Under the pieces are notes generated by a model. It was not told where the DNA came from. It searched no databases and saw nothing but the letters and a program-made list of their open reading frames with translations. Positions 42,601 through 57,600 of a stretch of DNA of 64,000 nt are shown piece by piece (position 1 is the stretch's first letter; the number at the start of each line of letters is the position of its first letter). This stretch comes from Balanoglossus misakiensis. Its lineage: Eukaryota; Animalia; Hemichordata. The stretch covers positions 11,657,834 through 11,721,833 of the forward strand of contig CM082579.2 in the NCBI GenBank assembly GCA_040954595.2. Reading direction: 5' to 3'. The translations under genes and the position numbers were made by a program.

Positions 42601-45600
42601 CCTGTCTTAGGTCACCACTTCATAAGCGGTCTTACCCGTCATTGGCCCAAACAGTCTCAGGAAGTAAGCTTTCAGCCTACCAATGTAGCTATTATATTTT
42701 CCACTTTTTGTAAGTGAAGCCTGACTGTCCCCTGTCTTAGGTCACCACTTCATAAGCGGTCTTACCCGTCATTGGCCCAAACAGTCTCAGGAAGTAAGCT
42801 TTCAGCCTACCAATGTAGCTATTATATTTTCCACTTTTTGTAAGTGAAGCCTGACTGTCGCCTGTCTTAGGTCACCACTTCATAAGCGGTCTTACCCGTC
42901 ATTGGCCCAAACAGTCTCAGGAAGTAAGCTTTCAGCCTACCAATGTAGCTATTATATTTTCCACTTTTTGTAAGTGAAGCCTGACTGTCGCCTGTCTTAG
43001 GTCACCACTTCATAAGCGGTCTTACCCGTCATTGGCCCAAACAGTCCCAGGAAGTAAGCTTTCAGCCTACCAATGTAGCTATTATATTTTCCACTTTTTG
43101 TAAGTGAAGCCTGACTGTCGCCTGTCTTAGGTCACCACTTCATAAGCGGTCTTACCCGTCATTGGCCCAAACAGTCTCAGGAAGTAAGCTTTCAGCCTAC
43201 CAATGTAGCTATTATATTTTCCACTTTTTGTAAGTGAACCCTGACTGTCGCCTGTCTTAGGTCACCACTTCATAAGCGGTCTTACCCGTCATTGGCCCAA
43301 ACAGTCTCAGGAAGTAAGCTTTCAGCCTACCAATGTAGCTATTATATTTTCCACTTTTTGTAAGTGAAGCCTGACTGTCGCCTGTCTTAGGTCACCACTT
43401 CATAAGCGGTCTTACCCGTCATTGGCCCAAACAGTCCCAGGAAGTAAGCTTTCAGCCTACCAATGTAGCTATTATATTTTCCACTTTTTGTAAGTGAAGC
43501 CTGACTGTCGCCTGTCTTAGGTCACCACTTCATAAGCGGTCTTACCCGTCATTGGCCCAAACAGTCCCAGGAAGTAAGCTTTCAGCCTACCAATGTAGCT
43601 ATTATATTTTCCACTTTTTGTAAGTGAAGCCTGACTGTCGCCTGTCTTAGGTTACCACTTCATAAGAGGTCTTACCCGTCATTGGCCCAAACAGTCTCAG
43701 GAAGTAAGCTTTCAGACTACCAATGTAGCTATTATATTTTCCACTTTTTGTAAGTGAAGCCTGACTGTCGCCTGTCTTAGGTCACCACTTCATAAGCGGT
43801 CTTACCCGTCATTGGCCCAAACAGTCTCAGGAAGTAAGCTTTCAGCCTACCAATGTAGCTATTATATTTTCCACTTTTTGTAAGTGAAGCCTGACTGTCG
43901 CCTGTCTTAGGTCACCACTTCATAAGCGGTCTTACCCGTCATTGGCCCAAACAGTCTCAGGAAGTAAGCTTTCAGCCTACCAATGTAGCTATTATATTTT
44001 CCACTTTTTGTAAGTGAAGCCTGACTGTCGCTTGTCTTAGGTCACCACTTCATAAGCGGTCTTACCCGTCATTGGCCCAAACAGTCTCAGGAAGTAAGCT
44101 TTCAGCCTACCAATGTAGCTATTATATTTTCCACTTTTTGTAAGTGAAGCCTGACTGTCGCCTGTCTTAGGTCACCACTTCATAAGCGGTCTTACCCGTC
44201 ATTGGCCCAAACAGTCTCAGGAAGTAAGCTTTCAGCCTACCAATGTAGCTATTATATTTTCCACTTTTTGTAAGTGAAGCCTGACTGTCGCCTGTCTTAG
44301 GTCACCACTTCATAAGCGGTCTTACCCGTCATTGGCCCAAACAGTCTCAGGAAGTAAGCTTTCAGCCTACCAATGTAGCTATTATATTTTCCACTTTTTG
44401 TAAGTGAAGCCTGACTGTCGCCTGTCTTAGGTCACCACTTCATAAGCGGTCTTACCCGTCATTGGCCCAAACAGTCCCAGGAAGTACGCTTTCAGCCTAC
44501 CAATGTAGCTATTATATTTTCCACTTTTTGTAAGTGAAGCCTGACTGTCGCCTGTCTTAGGTCACCACTTCATAAGAGGTCTTACCCGTCATTGGCCCAA
44601 ACAGTCCCAGGAAGTAAGCTTTCAGCCTACCAATGTAGCTATTATATTTTCCACTTTTTGTAAGTTAAGCCTGACTGTCGCCTGTCTTAGGTCACCACTT
44701 CATAAGCGGTCTTACCTGTCATTGGCCCAAACAGTCTCAGGAAGTAAGCTTTCAGCCTACCAATGTAGCTATTATATTTTCCACTTTTTGTAAGTGAAGC
44801 CTGACTGTCGCCTGTCTTAGGTCACCACTTCATAAGCGGTCTTACCCGTCATTGGCCCAAACAGTCTCAGGAAGTAAGCTTTCAGCCTACCAATGTAGCT
44901 ATTATATTTTCCACTTTTTGTAAGTGAAGCCTGACTGTCGCCTGTCTTAGGTTACCACTTCATAAGAGGTCTTACCCGTCATTGGCCCAAACAGTCTCAG
45001 GAAGTAAGCTTTCAGCCTACCAATGTAGCTATTATATTTTCCACTTTTTGTAAGTGAAGCCTGACTGTCGCCTGTCTTAGGTCACCACTTCATAAGCGGT
45101 CTTACCCGTCATTGGCCCAAAAAGTCTCAGGAAGTAAGCTTTCAGCCTACCAATGTAGCTATTATATTTTCCACTTTTTGTAAGTGAAGCCTGACTGTCA
45201 CCTGTCTTAGGTCACCACTTCATAAGCGGTCTTACCCGTCATTGGCCCAAACAGTCCCAGGAAGTAAGCTTTCAGCCTACCAATGTAGCTATTATATTTT
45301 CCACTTTTTGTAAGTGAAGCCTGACTGTCGCCTGTCTTAGGTTACCACTTCATAAGAGGTCTTACCCGTCATTGGCCCAAACAGTCTCAGGAAGTAAGCT
45401 TTCAGACTACCAATGTAGCTATTATATTTTCCACTTTTTGTAAGTGAAGCCTGACTGTCGCCTGTCTTAGGTCACCACTTCATAAGCGGTCTTACCCGTC
45501 ATTGGCCCAAACAGTCGCAGGAAGTAAGCTTTCAGCCTACCAATGTAGCTATTATATTTTCCACTTTTTGTAAGTGAAGCCTGACTGTCGCCTGTCTTAG

Positions 45601-48600
45601 GTCACCACTTCATAAGCGGTCTTACCCGTCATTGGCCCAAACAGTCTCAGGAAGTAAGCTTTCAGCCTACCAATGTAGCTATTATATTTTCCACTTTTTG
45701 TAAGTGAAGCCTGACTGTCGCTTGTCTTAGGTCACCACTTCATAAGCGGTCTTACCCGTCATTGGCCCAAACAGTCTCAGGAAGTAAGCTTTCAGCCTAC
45801 CAATGTAGCTATTATATTTTCCACTTTTTGTAAGTGAAGCCTGACTGTCGCCTGTCTTAGGTCACCACTTCATAAGCGGTCTTACCCGTCATTGGCCCAA
45901 ACAGTCTCAGGAAGTAAGCTTTCAGCCTACCAATGTAGCTATTATATTTTCCACTTTTTGTAAGTGAAGCCTGACTGTCGCCTGTCTTAGGTCACCACTT
46001 CATAAGCGGTCTTACCCGTCATTGGCCCAAACAGTCTCAGGAAGTAAGCTTTCAGCCTACCAATGTAGCTATTATATTTTCCACTTTTTGTAAGTGAAGC
46101 CTGACTGTCGCCTGTCTTAGGTCACCACTTCATAAGCGGTCTTACCCGTCATTGGCCCAAACAGTCCCAGGAAGTAAGCTTTCAGCCTACCAATGTAGCT
46201 ATTATATTTTCCACTTTTTGTAAGTGAAGCCTGACTGTCGCCTGTCTTAGGTCACCACTTCATAAGAGGTCTTACCCGTCATTGGCCCAAACAGTCCCAG
46301 GAAGTAAGCTTTCAGCCTACCAATGTAGCTATTATATTTTCCACTTTTTGTAAGTTAAGCCTGACTGTCGCCTGTCTTAGGTCACCACTTCATAAGCGGT
46401 CTTACCCGTCATTGGCCCAAACAGTCTCAGGAAGTAAGCTTTCAGCCTACCAATGTAGCTATTATATTTTCCACTTTTTGTAAGTGAAGCCTGACTGTCG
46501 CCTGTCTTAGGTCACCACTTCATAAGCGGTCTTACCCGTCATTGGCCCAAACAGTCTCAGGAAGTAAGCTTTCAGCCTACCAATGTAGCTATTATATTTT
46601 CCACTTTTTGTAAGTGAAGCCTGACTGTCGCCTGTCTTAGGTCACCACTTCATAAGCGGTCTTACCCGTCATTGGCCCAAACAGTCCCAGGAAGTAAGCT
46701 TTCAGCCTACCAATGTAGCTATTATATTTTCCACTTTTTGTAAGTGAAGCCTGACTGTCGCCTGTCTTAGGTTACCACTTCATAAGAGGTCTTACCCGTC
46801 ATTGGCCCAAACAGTCTCAGGAAGTAAGCTTTCAGCCTACCAATGTAGCTATTATATTTTCCACTTTTTGTAAGTGAAGCCTGACTGTCGCCTGTCTTAG
46901 GTCACCACTTCATAAGCGGTCTTACCCGTCATTGGCCCAAAAAGTCTCAGGAAGTAAGCTTTCAGCCTACCAATGTAGCTATTATATTTTCCACTTTTTG
47001 TAAGTGAAGCCTGACTGTCGCCTGTCTTAGGTCACCACTTCATAAGCGGTCTTACCCGTCATTGGCCCAAACAGTCTCAGGAAGTAAGCTTTCAGCCTAC
47101 CAATGTAGCTATTATATTTTCCACTTTTTGTAAGTGAAGCCTGACTGTCGCCTGTCTTAGGTCACCACTTCATAAGCGGTCTTACCCGTCATTGGCCCAA
47201 ACAGTCTCAGGAAGTAAGCTTTCAGCCTACCAATGTAGCTATTATATTTTCCACTTTTTGTAAGTGAAGCCTGACTGTCGCCTGTCTTAGGTCACCACTT
47301 CATAAGCGGTCTTACCCGTCATTGGCCCAAACAGTCCCAGGAAGTAAGCTTTCAGCCAACCAATGTAGCTATTATATTTTCCACTTTTTGTAAGTGAAGC
47401 CTGACTGTCGCCTGTCTTAGGTCACCACTTCATAAGCGGTCTTACCCGTCATTGGCCCAAACAGTCTCATGAAGTAAGCTTTCAGCCTACCAATGAAGCT
47501 ATTATATTTTCCACTTTTTGTAAGTGAAGCCTGACTGTCGCCTGTCTTAGGTTACCACTTCATAAGCGGTCTTACCCGTCATTGGCCCAAACAGTCCAGG
47601 AAGTAAGCTTTCAGCCTACCAATGTAGCTATTATATTTTCCACTTTTTGTAAGTGAAGCCTGACTGTCGCCTGTCTTAGGTCACCACTTCATAAGAGGTC
47701 TTACCCGTCATTGGCCCAAACAGTCTCAGGAAGTAAGCTTTCAGCCTACCAATGTAGCTATTATATTTTCCACTTTTTGTAAGTGAAGCCTGACTGTCGC
47801 CTGTCTTAGGTCACCACTTCATAAGCGGTCTTACCCGTCATTGGCCCAAACAGTCTCAGGAAGTAAGCTTTCAGCCTACCAATGTAGCTATTATATTTTC
47901 CACTTTTTGTAAGTGAAGCCTGACTGTCGCCTGTCTTAGGTCACCACTTCATAAGCGGTCTTACCCGTCATTGGCCCAAACAGTCTCAGGAAGTAAGCTT
48001 TCAGCCTACCAATGTAGCTATTATATTTTCCACTTTTTGTAAGTGAAGCCTGACTGTCGCCTGTCTTAGGTCACCACTTCATAAGCGGTCTTACCCGTCA
48101 TTGGCCCAAACAGTCCCAGGAAGTAAGCTTTCAGCCTACCAATGTAGCTATTATATTTTCCACTTTTTGTAAGTGAAGCCTGAGTGTCGCCTGTCTTAGT
48201 ATTTTCCACTTTTTGTAAGTGAAGCCTGAGTGTCGCCTGTCTTAGGTCACCACTTCATAAGCGGTCTTACCCGTCATTGGCCCAAACAGTCCCAGGAAGT
48301 AAGCTTTCAGCCTACCAATGTAGCTATTATATTTTCCACTTTTTGTAAGTGAAGCCTGACTGTCGCCTGTCTTAGGTCACCACTTCATAAGAGGTCTTAC
48401 CCGTCATTGGCCCAAACAGTCCCAGGAAGTAAGCTTTCAGCCTACCAATGTAGCTATTATGTTTTCCACTTTTTGTAAGTGAAGCCTGACTGTCGCCTGT
48501 CTTAGGTCACCACTTCATAAGCGGTCTTACCCGTCATTGGCCCAAACAGTCTCAGGAAATAAGCTTTCAGCCTACCAATGTAGCTATTATGTTTTCCACT

Positions 48601-51600
48601 TTTTGTAAGTGAAGCCTGACTGTCGCCTGTCTTAGGTCACCACTTCATAAGCGGTCTTACCCGTCATTGGCCCAAACAGTCTCAGGAAGTAAGCTTTCAG
48701 CCTACCAATGTAGCTATTATATTTTCCACTTTTTGTAAGTGAAGCCTGACTGTCGCCTGTCTTAGGTCACCACTTCATAAGCGGTCTTACCCGTCATTGG
48801 CCCAAACAGTCTCAGGAAGTAAGCTTTCAGCCTACCAATGTAGCTATTATATTTTCCACTTTTTGTAAGTGAAGCCTGACTGTCGCCTGTCTTAGGTCAC
48901 CACTTCATAAGCGGTCTTACCCGTCATTGGCCCAAAAGTCCCTGGAAGTAAGCTTTCAGCCTACCAATGTAGCTATTATATTTTCCACTTTTTGTAAGTG
49001 AAGCCTGACTGTCGCCTGTCTTTGGTCACCACTTCATAAGCGGTCTTACCCGTCATTGGCCCAAACAGTCTCAGGAAGTAAGCTTTCAGCCTACCTGTGC
49101 CTGTCTTAGGTCACCACTTCATAAGCGGTCTTACCCGTCATTGGCCCAAACAGTCTCAGGAAGTAAGCTTTCAGCCTACCAATGTAGCTATTATATTTTC
49201 CACTTTTTGTAAGTGAAGCCTGACTGTCGCCTGTCTTAGGTCACCACTTCATAAGCGGTCTTACCCGTCATTGGCCCAAACAGTCTCAGGAAGTAAGCTT
49301 TCAGCCTACCAATGTAGCTATTATATTTTCCACTTTTTGTAAGTGAAGCCTGACTGTCGCCTGTCTTAGGTCACCACTTCATAAGCGGTCTTACCCGTCA
49401 TTAGCCCAAACAGTCTCAGGAAGTAAGCTTTCAGCCTACCAATGTAGCTATTATATTTTCCACTTTTTGTAAGTGAAGCCTGACTGTCGCTTGTCTTAGG
49501 TCACCACTTCATAAGCGGTCTTACCCGTCATTGGCCCAAACAGTCCCAGGAAGTAAGCTTTCAGCCTACCAATGTAGCTATTATATTTTCCACTTTTTGT
49601 AAGTGAAGCCTGACTGTCGCCTGTCTTAGGTTACCACTTCATAAGAGGTCTTACCCGTCATTGGCCCAAACAGTCTCAGGAAGTAAGCTTTCAGCCTACC
49701 AATGTAGCTATTATACTTTCCACTTTTTGTAAGTGAAGCCTGACTGTCGCCTGTCTTAGGTCACCACTTCATAAGCGGTCTTACCCGTCATTGGCCCAAA
49801 CAGTCTCAGGAAGTAAGCTTTCAGCCTACCAATGTAGCTATTATACTTTCCACTTTTTGTAAGTGAAGCCTGACTGTCGCCTGTCTTAGGTCACCACTTC
49901 ATAAGCGGTCTTACCCGTCATTGGCCCAAACAGTCTCAGGAAGTAAGCTTTCAGCCTACCAATGTAGCTATTATACTTTCCACTTTTTGTAAGTGAAGCC
50001 TGACTGTCGCCTGTCTTAGGTCACCACTTCATAAGCGGTCTTATCCGTCATTGGCCCAAACAGTCTCAGGAAGTAAGCTTTCAGCCTACCAATGTAGCTA
50101 TTATATTTTCCACTTTTTGTAAGTGAAGCCTGACTGTCGCCTGTCTTAGGTCACCACTTCATAAGCGGTCTTATCTGTCATTGGCCCAAACAGTCTCAGG
50201 AAGTAAGCTTTCAGCCTACCAATGTAGCTATTATATTTTCCACTTTTTGTAAGTGAAGCCTGACTGTCGCCTGTCTTAGGTCACCACTTCATAAGCGGTC
50301 TTACCCGTCATTGGCCCAAACAGTCTCAGGAAGTAAGCTTTCAGCCTACCAATGTAGCTATTATATTTTCCACTTTTTGTAAGTGAAGCCTGACTGTCGC
50401 CTGTCTTAGGTCACCACTTCATAAGCGGTCTTACCCGTCATTGGCCCGAACAGTCTCAGGAAGTAAGCTTTCAGCCTACCAATGTAGCTATTATATTTTC
50501 CACTTTTTGTAAGTGAAGCCTGACTGTCGCCTGTCTTAGGTCACCACTTCATAAGCGGTCTTACCCGTCATTAGCCCAAACAGTCTCAGGAAGTAAGCTT
50601 TCAGCCTACCAATGTAGCTATTATATTTTCCACTTTTTGTAAGTGAAGCCTGACTGTCGCCTGTCTTAGGTCACCACTTCATAAGCGGTCTTACCCGTCA
50701 TTAGCCCAAACAGTCTCAGGAAGTAAGCTTTCAGCCTACCAATGTAGCTATTATATTTTCCACTTTTTGTAAGTGAAGCCTGACTGTCGCTTGTCTTAGG
50801 TCACCACTTCATAAGCGGTCTTACCCGTCATTGGCCCAAACAGTCCCAGGAAGTAAGCTTTCAGCCTACCAATGTAGCTATTATATTTTCCACTTTTTGT
50901 AAGTGAAGCCTGACTGTCGCCTGTCTTAGGTTACCACTTCATAAGAGGTCTTACCCGTCATTGGCCCAAACAGTCTCAGGAAGTAAGCTTTCAGCCTACC
51001 AATGTAGCTATTATACTTTCCACTTTTTGTAAGTGAAGCCTGACTGTCGCCTGTCTTAGGTCACCACTTCATAAGCGGTCTTACCCGTCATTGGCCCAAA
51101 CAGTCTCAGGAAGTAAGCTTTCAGCCTACCAATGTAGCTATTATACTTTCCACTTTTTGTAAGTGAAGCCTGACTGTCGCCTGTCTTAGGTCACCACTTC
51201 ATTAAGCGGTCTTACCCGTCATTGGCCCAAACAGTCTCAGGAAGTAAGCTTTCAGCCTACCAATGTAGCTATTATACTTTCCACTTTTTGTAAGTGAAGC
51301 CTGACTGTCGCCTGTCTTAGGTCACCACTTCATAAGCGGTCTTATCCGTCATTGGCCCAAACAGTCTCAGGAAGTAAGCTTTCAGCCTACCAATGTAGCT
51401 ATTATATTTTCCACTTTTTGTAAGTGAAGCCTGACTGTCGCCTGTCTTAGGTCACCACTTCATAAGCGGTCTTACCCGTCATTGGCCCAAACAGTCTCAG
51501 GAAGTAAGCTTTCAGCCTACCAATGTAGCTATTATATTTTCCACTTTTTGTAAGTGAAGCCCGACTGTCGCCTGTCTTAGGTCACCACTTCATAAGCGGT

Positions 51601-54600
51601 CTTACCCGTCATTGGCCCAAACAGTCTCAGGAAGTAAGCTTTCAGCCTACCAATGTAGCTATTATATTTTCCACTTTTTGTAAGTGAAGCCCGACTGTCG
51701 TCTGTCTTAGGTCACCACTTCATAAGCGGTCTTACCCGTCATTAGCCCAAACAGTCTCAGGAAGTAAGCTTTCAGCCTACCAATGTAGCTATTATATTTT
51801 CCACTTTTTGTAAGTGAAGCCTGACTGTCGCTTGTCTTAGGTCACCACTTCATAAGCGGTCTTACCCGTCATTGGCCCAAACAGTCCCAGGAAGTAAGCT
51901 TTCAGCCTACCAATGTAGCTATTATATTTTCCACTTTTTGTAAGTGAAGCCTGACTGTCGCCTGTCTTAGGTCACCACTTCATAAGCGGTCTTACCCGTC
52001 ATTGGCCCAAACAGTCTCAGGAAGTAAGCTTTCAGCCTACCAATGTAGCTATTATATTTTCCACTTTTTGTAAGTGAAGGCCTGACTGTCGCCTGTCTTA
52101 GGTCACCACTTCATAAGCGGTCTTACCCGTCATTGGCCCGAACAGTCTCAGGAAGTAAGCTTTCAGCCTACCAATGTAGCTATTATATTTTCCACTTTTT
52201 GTAAGTGAAGCCTGACTGTCGCCTGTCTTAGGTCACCACTTCATAAGCGGTCTTACCCGTCATTAGCCCAAACAGTCTCAGGAAGTAAGCTTTCAGCCTA
52301 CCAATGTAGCTATTATATTTTCCACTTTTTGTAAGTGAAGCCTGACTGTCGCCTGTCTTAGGTCACCACTTCATAAGCGGTCTTACCCGTCATTAGCCCA
52401 AACAGTCTCAGGAAGTAAGCTTTCAGCCTACCAATGTAGCTATTATATTTTCCACTTTTTGTAAGTGAAGCCTGACTGTCGCTTGTCTTAGGTCACCACT
52501 TCATAAGCGGTCTTACCCGTCATTGGCCCAAACAGTCCCAGGAAGTAAGCTTTCAGCCTACCAATGTAGCTATTATATTTTCCACTTTTTGTAAGTGAAG
52601 CCTGACTGTCGCCTGTCTTAGGTTACCACTTCATAAGAGGTCTTACCCGTCATTGGCCCAAACAGTCTCAGGAAGTAAGCTTTCAGCCTACCAATGTAGC
52701 TATTATACTTTCCACTTTTTGTAAGTGAAGCCTGACTGTCGCCTGTCTTAGGTCACCACTTCATAAGCGGTCTTACCCGTCATTGGCCCAAACAGTCTCA
52801 GGAAGTAAGCTTTCAGCCTACCAATGTAGCTATTATACTTTCCACTTTTTGTAAGTGAAGCCTGACTGTCGCCTGTCTTAGGTCACCACTTCATAAGCGG
52901 TCTTACCCGTCATTGGCCCAAACAGTCTCAGGAAGTAAGCTTTCAGCCTACCAATGTAGCTATTATACTTTCCACTTTTTGTAAGTGAAGCCTGACTGTC
53001 GCCTGTCTTAGGTCACCACTTCATAAGCGGTCTTATCCGTCATTGGCCCAAACAGTCTCAGGAAGTAAGCTTTCAGCCTACCAATGTAGCTATTATATTT
53101 TCCACTTTTTGTAAGTGAAGCCCGACTGTCGCCTGTCTTAGGTCACCACTTCATAAGCGGTCTTACCCGTCATTGGCCCAAACAGTCTCAGGAAGTAAGC
53201 TTTCAGCCTGCCAATGTAGCTATTATATTTTCCACTTTTTGTAAGTGAAGCCCGACTGTCGCCTGTCTTAGGTCACCACTTCATAAGCGGTCTTACCCGT
53301 CATTGGCCCAAACAGTCTCAGGAAGTAAGCTTTCAGCCTACCAATGTAGCTATTATATTTTCCACTTTTTGTAAGTGAAGCCCGACTGTCGTCTGTCTTA
53401 GGTCACCACTTCATAAGCGGTCTTACCCGTCATTAGCCCAAACAGTCTCAGGAAGTAAGCTTTCAGCCTACCAATGTAGCTATTATATTTTCCACTTTTT
53501 GTAAGTGAAGCCTGACTGTCGCTTGTCTTAGGTCACCACTTCATAAGCGGTCTTACCCGTCATTGGCCCAAACAGTCCCAGGAAGTAAGCTTTCAGCCTA
53601 CCAATGTAGCTATTATATTTTCCACTTTTTGTAAGTGAAGCCTGACTGTCGCCTGTCTTAGGTTACCACTTCATAAGAGGTCTTACCCGTCATTGGCCCA
53701 AACAGTCTCAGGAAGTAAGCTTTCAGCCTACCAATGTAGCTATTATACTTTCCACTTTTTGTAAGTGAAGCCTGACTGTCGCCTGTCTTAGGTCACCACT
53801 TCATAAGCGGTCTTACCCGTCATTGGCCCAAACAGTCTCAGGAAGTAAGCTTTCAGCCTACCAATGTAGCTATTATACTTTCCACTTTTTGTAAGTGAAG
53901 CCTGACTGTCGCCTGTCTTAGGTCACCACTTCATAAGCGGTCTTACCCGTCATTGGCCCAAACAGTCTCAGGAAGTAAGCTTTCAGCCTACCAATGTAGC
54001 TATTATACTTTCCACTTTTTGTAAGTGAAGCCTGACTGTCGCCTGTCTTAGGTCACCACTTCATAATCGGTCTTATCCGTCATTGGCCCAAACAGTCTCA
54101 GGAAGTAAGCTTTCAGCCTACCAATGTAGCTATTATATTTTCCACTTTTTGTAAGTGAAGCCCGACTGTCGCCTGTCTTAGGTCACCACTTCATAAGCGG
54201 TCTTACCCGTCATTGGCCCAAACAGTCTCAGGAAGTAAGCTTTCAGCCTACCAATGTAGCTATTATATTTTCCACTTTTTGTAAGTGAAGCCCGACTGTC
54301 GTCTGTCTTAGGTCACCACTTCATAAGCGGTCTTACCCGTCATTGGCCCAAACAGTCTCAGGAAGTAAGCTTTCAGCCTACCAATGTAGCTATTATATTT
54401 TCCACTTTTTGTAAGTGAAGCCCGACTGTCGTCTGTCTTAGGTCACCACTTCATAAGCGGTCTTACCCGTCATTGGCCCAAACAGTCTCAGGAAGTAAGC
54501 TTTCAGCCTACCAATGTAGCTATTATATTTTCCACTTTTTGTAAGTGAAGCCCGACTGTCGCCTGTCTTAGGTCACCACTTCATAAGCGGTCTTACCCGT

Positions 54601-57600
54601 CATTGGCTCAAACAGTCTCAGGAAGTAAGCTTTAAGCCTACCAATGTAGCTATTATATTTTCCACTTTTTGTAAGTGAAGCCTGACTGTCGCCTGTCTTA
54701 GGTCACCACTTCATAAGAGGTCTTACCCGTCATTGGCCCAAACAGTCTCAGGAAGTAAGCTTTCAGCCTACCTATGTAGCTATTATATTTTCCACTTTTT
54801 GTAAGTGAATCCTGACTGTCGCCTGTCTTAGGTCACCACTTCATAAGCGGTCTTACCCGTCATTGGCCCAAACAGTCTCAGGAAGTAAGCTTTCAGCCTA
54901 CCAATGTAGCTATTATATTTTCCACTTTTTGTAAGTGAAGCCCGACTGTCGCCTGTCTTAGGTCACCACTTCATAAGCGGTCTTACCCGTCATTGGCCCA
55001 AACAGTCTCAGGAAGTAAGCTTTCAGCCTACCAATGAAGCTATTATATTTTCCACTTTTTGTAAGTGAAGCCTGACTGTCGCCTGTCTTAGGTCACCACT
55101 TCATAAGCGGTCTTACCCGCCATTGGCCCAAACAGTCTCAAGAAGTAATCTTTAGCCTACCAATGTAGCTATTATATTTTCCACTTTTTGTAAGTGAAGC
55201 CTGACTGTCGCCTGTCTTAGGTCACCACTTCATAAGCGGTCTTACCCGTCATTGGCCCAAACAGTCTCAGGAAGTAAGCTTTCAGCCTACCAATGTAGCT
55301 ATTATATTTTCCACTTTTTGTAAGTGAAGCCTGACTGTCGCCTGTCTTAGGTCACCACTTCTTAAGCGGTCTTACCCGTCATTGGCCCAAACAGTCTCAG
55401 GAAGTAAGCTTTCAGCCTACCAATGTAGCTATTATATTTTCCACTTTTTGTAAGTGAAGCCTGACTGTCGCCTGTCTTAGGTCACCACTTCATAAGCGGT
55501 CTTACCCGTCATTGGCCCAAACAGTCTCAAGAAGTAAGCTTTAGCCTACCAATGTAGCTATTATATTTTCCACTTTTTGTAAGTGAAGCCTGACTGTCGC
55601 CTGTCCTAGGTCACCACTTCATAAGCGGTCTTACCCGTCATTGGCCCAAACAGTCTCAGTAAGTAAGCTTTCATCCTACCAATGTAGCTATTATATTTTC
55701 CACTTTTTGTAAGTGAAGCCTGACTGTCGCCTGTCTTAGGTCACCACTTCATAAGCGGTCTTACCCGTCATTGGCCCAAACAGTCTCAAGAAGTAAGCTT
55801 TTAGCCTACCAATGTAGCTATTATATTTTCCACTTTTTGTAAGTGAAGGCTGACTGTCGCCTGTCTTAGGTCACCACTTCATAAGCGGTCTTACCCGTCA
55901 TTGGCCCAAACAGTCTCAGGAAGTAAGCTTTCAGCCTACCAATTTAGCTATTATATTTTCCACTTTTTGTAAGTGAAGGCTGACTGTCGCCTGTCTTAGG
56001 TCACCACTTCATAAGCGGTCTTACCCGTCATTGGCTCAAACAGTCTCAGGAAGTAAGCTTTCAGCCTACCAATGTAGCTATTATATTTTCCACTTTTTGT
56101 AAGTGAAGCCTGACTGTCGCCTGTCTTAGGTCACCACTTCATAAGAGGTCTTACCCGTCATTGACCCAAACAGTCTCAGGAAGTAAGCTTTCAGCCTACC
56201 TATGTAGCTATTATATTTTCCACTTTTTGTAAGTGAATCCTGACTGTCGCCTGTCTTAGGTCACCACTTCATAAGCGGTCTTACCCGTCATTGGCCCAAA
56301 CAGTCTCAGGAAGTAAGCTTTCAGCCTACCAATGAAGCTATTATATTTTCCACTTTTTGTAAGTGAAGCCTGACTGTCGCCTGTCTTAGGTCACCACTTC
56401 ATAAGCGGTCTTACCCGTCATTGGCCCAAACAGTCTCAGGAAGTAAGCTTTCAGCCTACCAATGTAGCTATTATATTTTCCACTTTTTGTAAGTGAAGCC
56501 TGACTGTCGCCTGTCTTAGGTCACCACTTCATAAGCGGTCTTACCCGTCATTGGCCCAAACAGTCTCAGGAAGTAAGCTTTCAGCCTACCAATGTAGCTA
56601 TTATATTTTCCACTTTTTGTAAGTGAAGCCTGACTGTCGCCTGTCTTAGGTCACCACTTCATAAGCGGTCTTACCCGTCATTGGCCCAAACAGTCTCAGG
56701 AAGTAAGCTTTCAGCCTACCAATGTAGCTATTATATTTTCCACTTTTTGTAAGTGAAGCCTGACTGTCGCCTGTCTTAGGTCACCACTTCATAAGAGGTC
56801 TTACCCGTCATTGGCCCAAACAGTCTCAGGAAGTAAGCTTTCAGCCTACCTATGTAGCTATTATATTTTCCACTTTTTGTAAGTGAATCCTGACTGTCGC
56901 CTGTCTTAGGTCACCACTTCATAAGCGGTCTTACCCGTCATTGGCCCAAACAGTCTCAGGAAGTAAGCTTTCAGCCTACCAATGAAGCTATTATATTTTC
57001 CACTTTTTGTAAGTGAAGCCTGACTGTCGCCTGTCTTAGGTCACCACTTCATAAGCGGTCTTACCCGTCATTGGCCCAAACAGTCTCAGGAAGTAAGCTT
57101 TCAGCCTACCAATGTAGCTATTATATTTTCCACTTTTTGTAAGTGAAGCCTGACTGTCGCCTGTCTTAGGTCACCACTTCATAAGCGGTCTTACCCGTCA
57201 TTGGCCCAAACAGTCTCAGGAAGTAAGCTTTCAGCCTACCAATGTAGCTATTATATTTTCCACTTTTTGTAAGTGAAGCCTGACTGTCGCCTGTCTTAGG
57301 TCACCACTTCATAAGCGGTCTTACCCGTCATTGGCCCAAACAGTCTCAGGAAGTAAGCTTTCAGCCTACCAATGTAGCTATTATATTTTCCACTTTTTGT
57401 AAGTGAAGCCTGACTGTCGCCTGTCTTAGGTCACCACTTCATAAGCGGTCTTACCCGTCATTGGCCCAAACAGTCTCAGGAAGTAAGCTTTCAGCCTACC
57501 AATTTAGCTATTATATTTTCCACTTTTTGTAAGTGAAGGCTGACTGTCGCCTGTCTTAGGTCACCACTTCATAAGCGGTCTTACCCGTCATTGGCCCAAA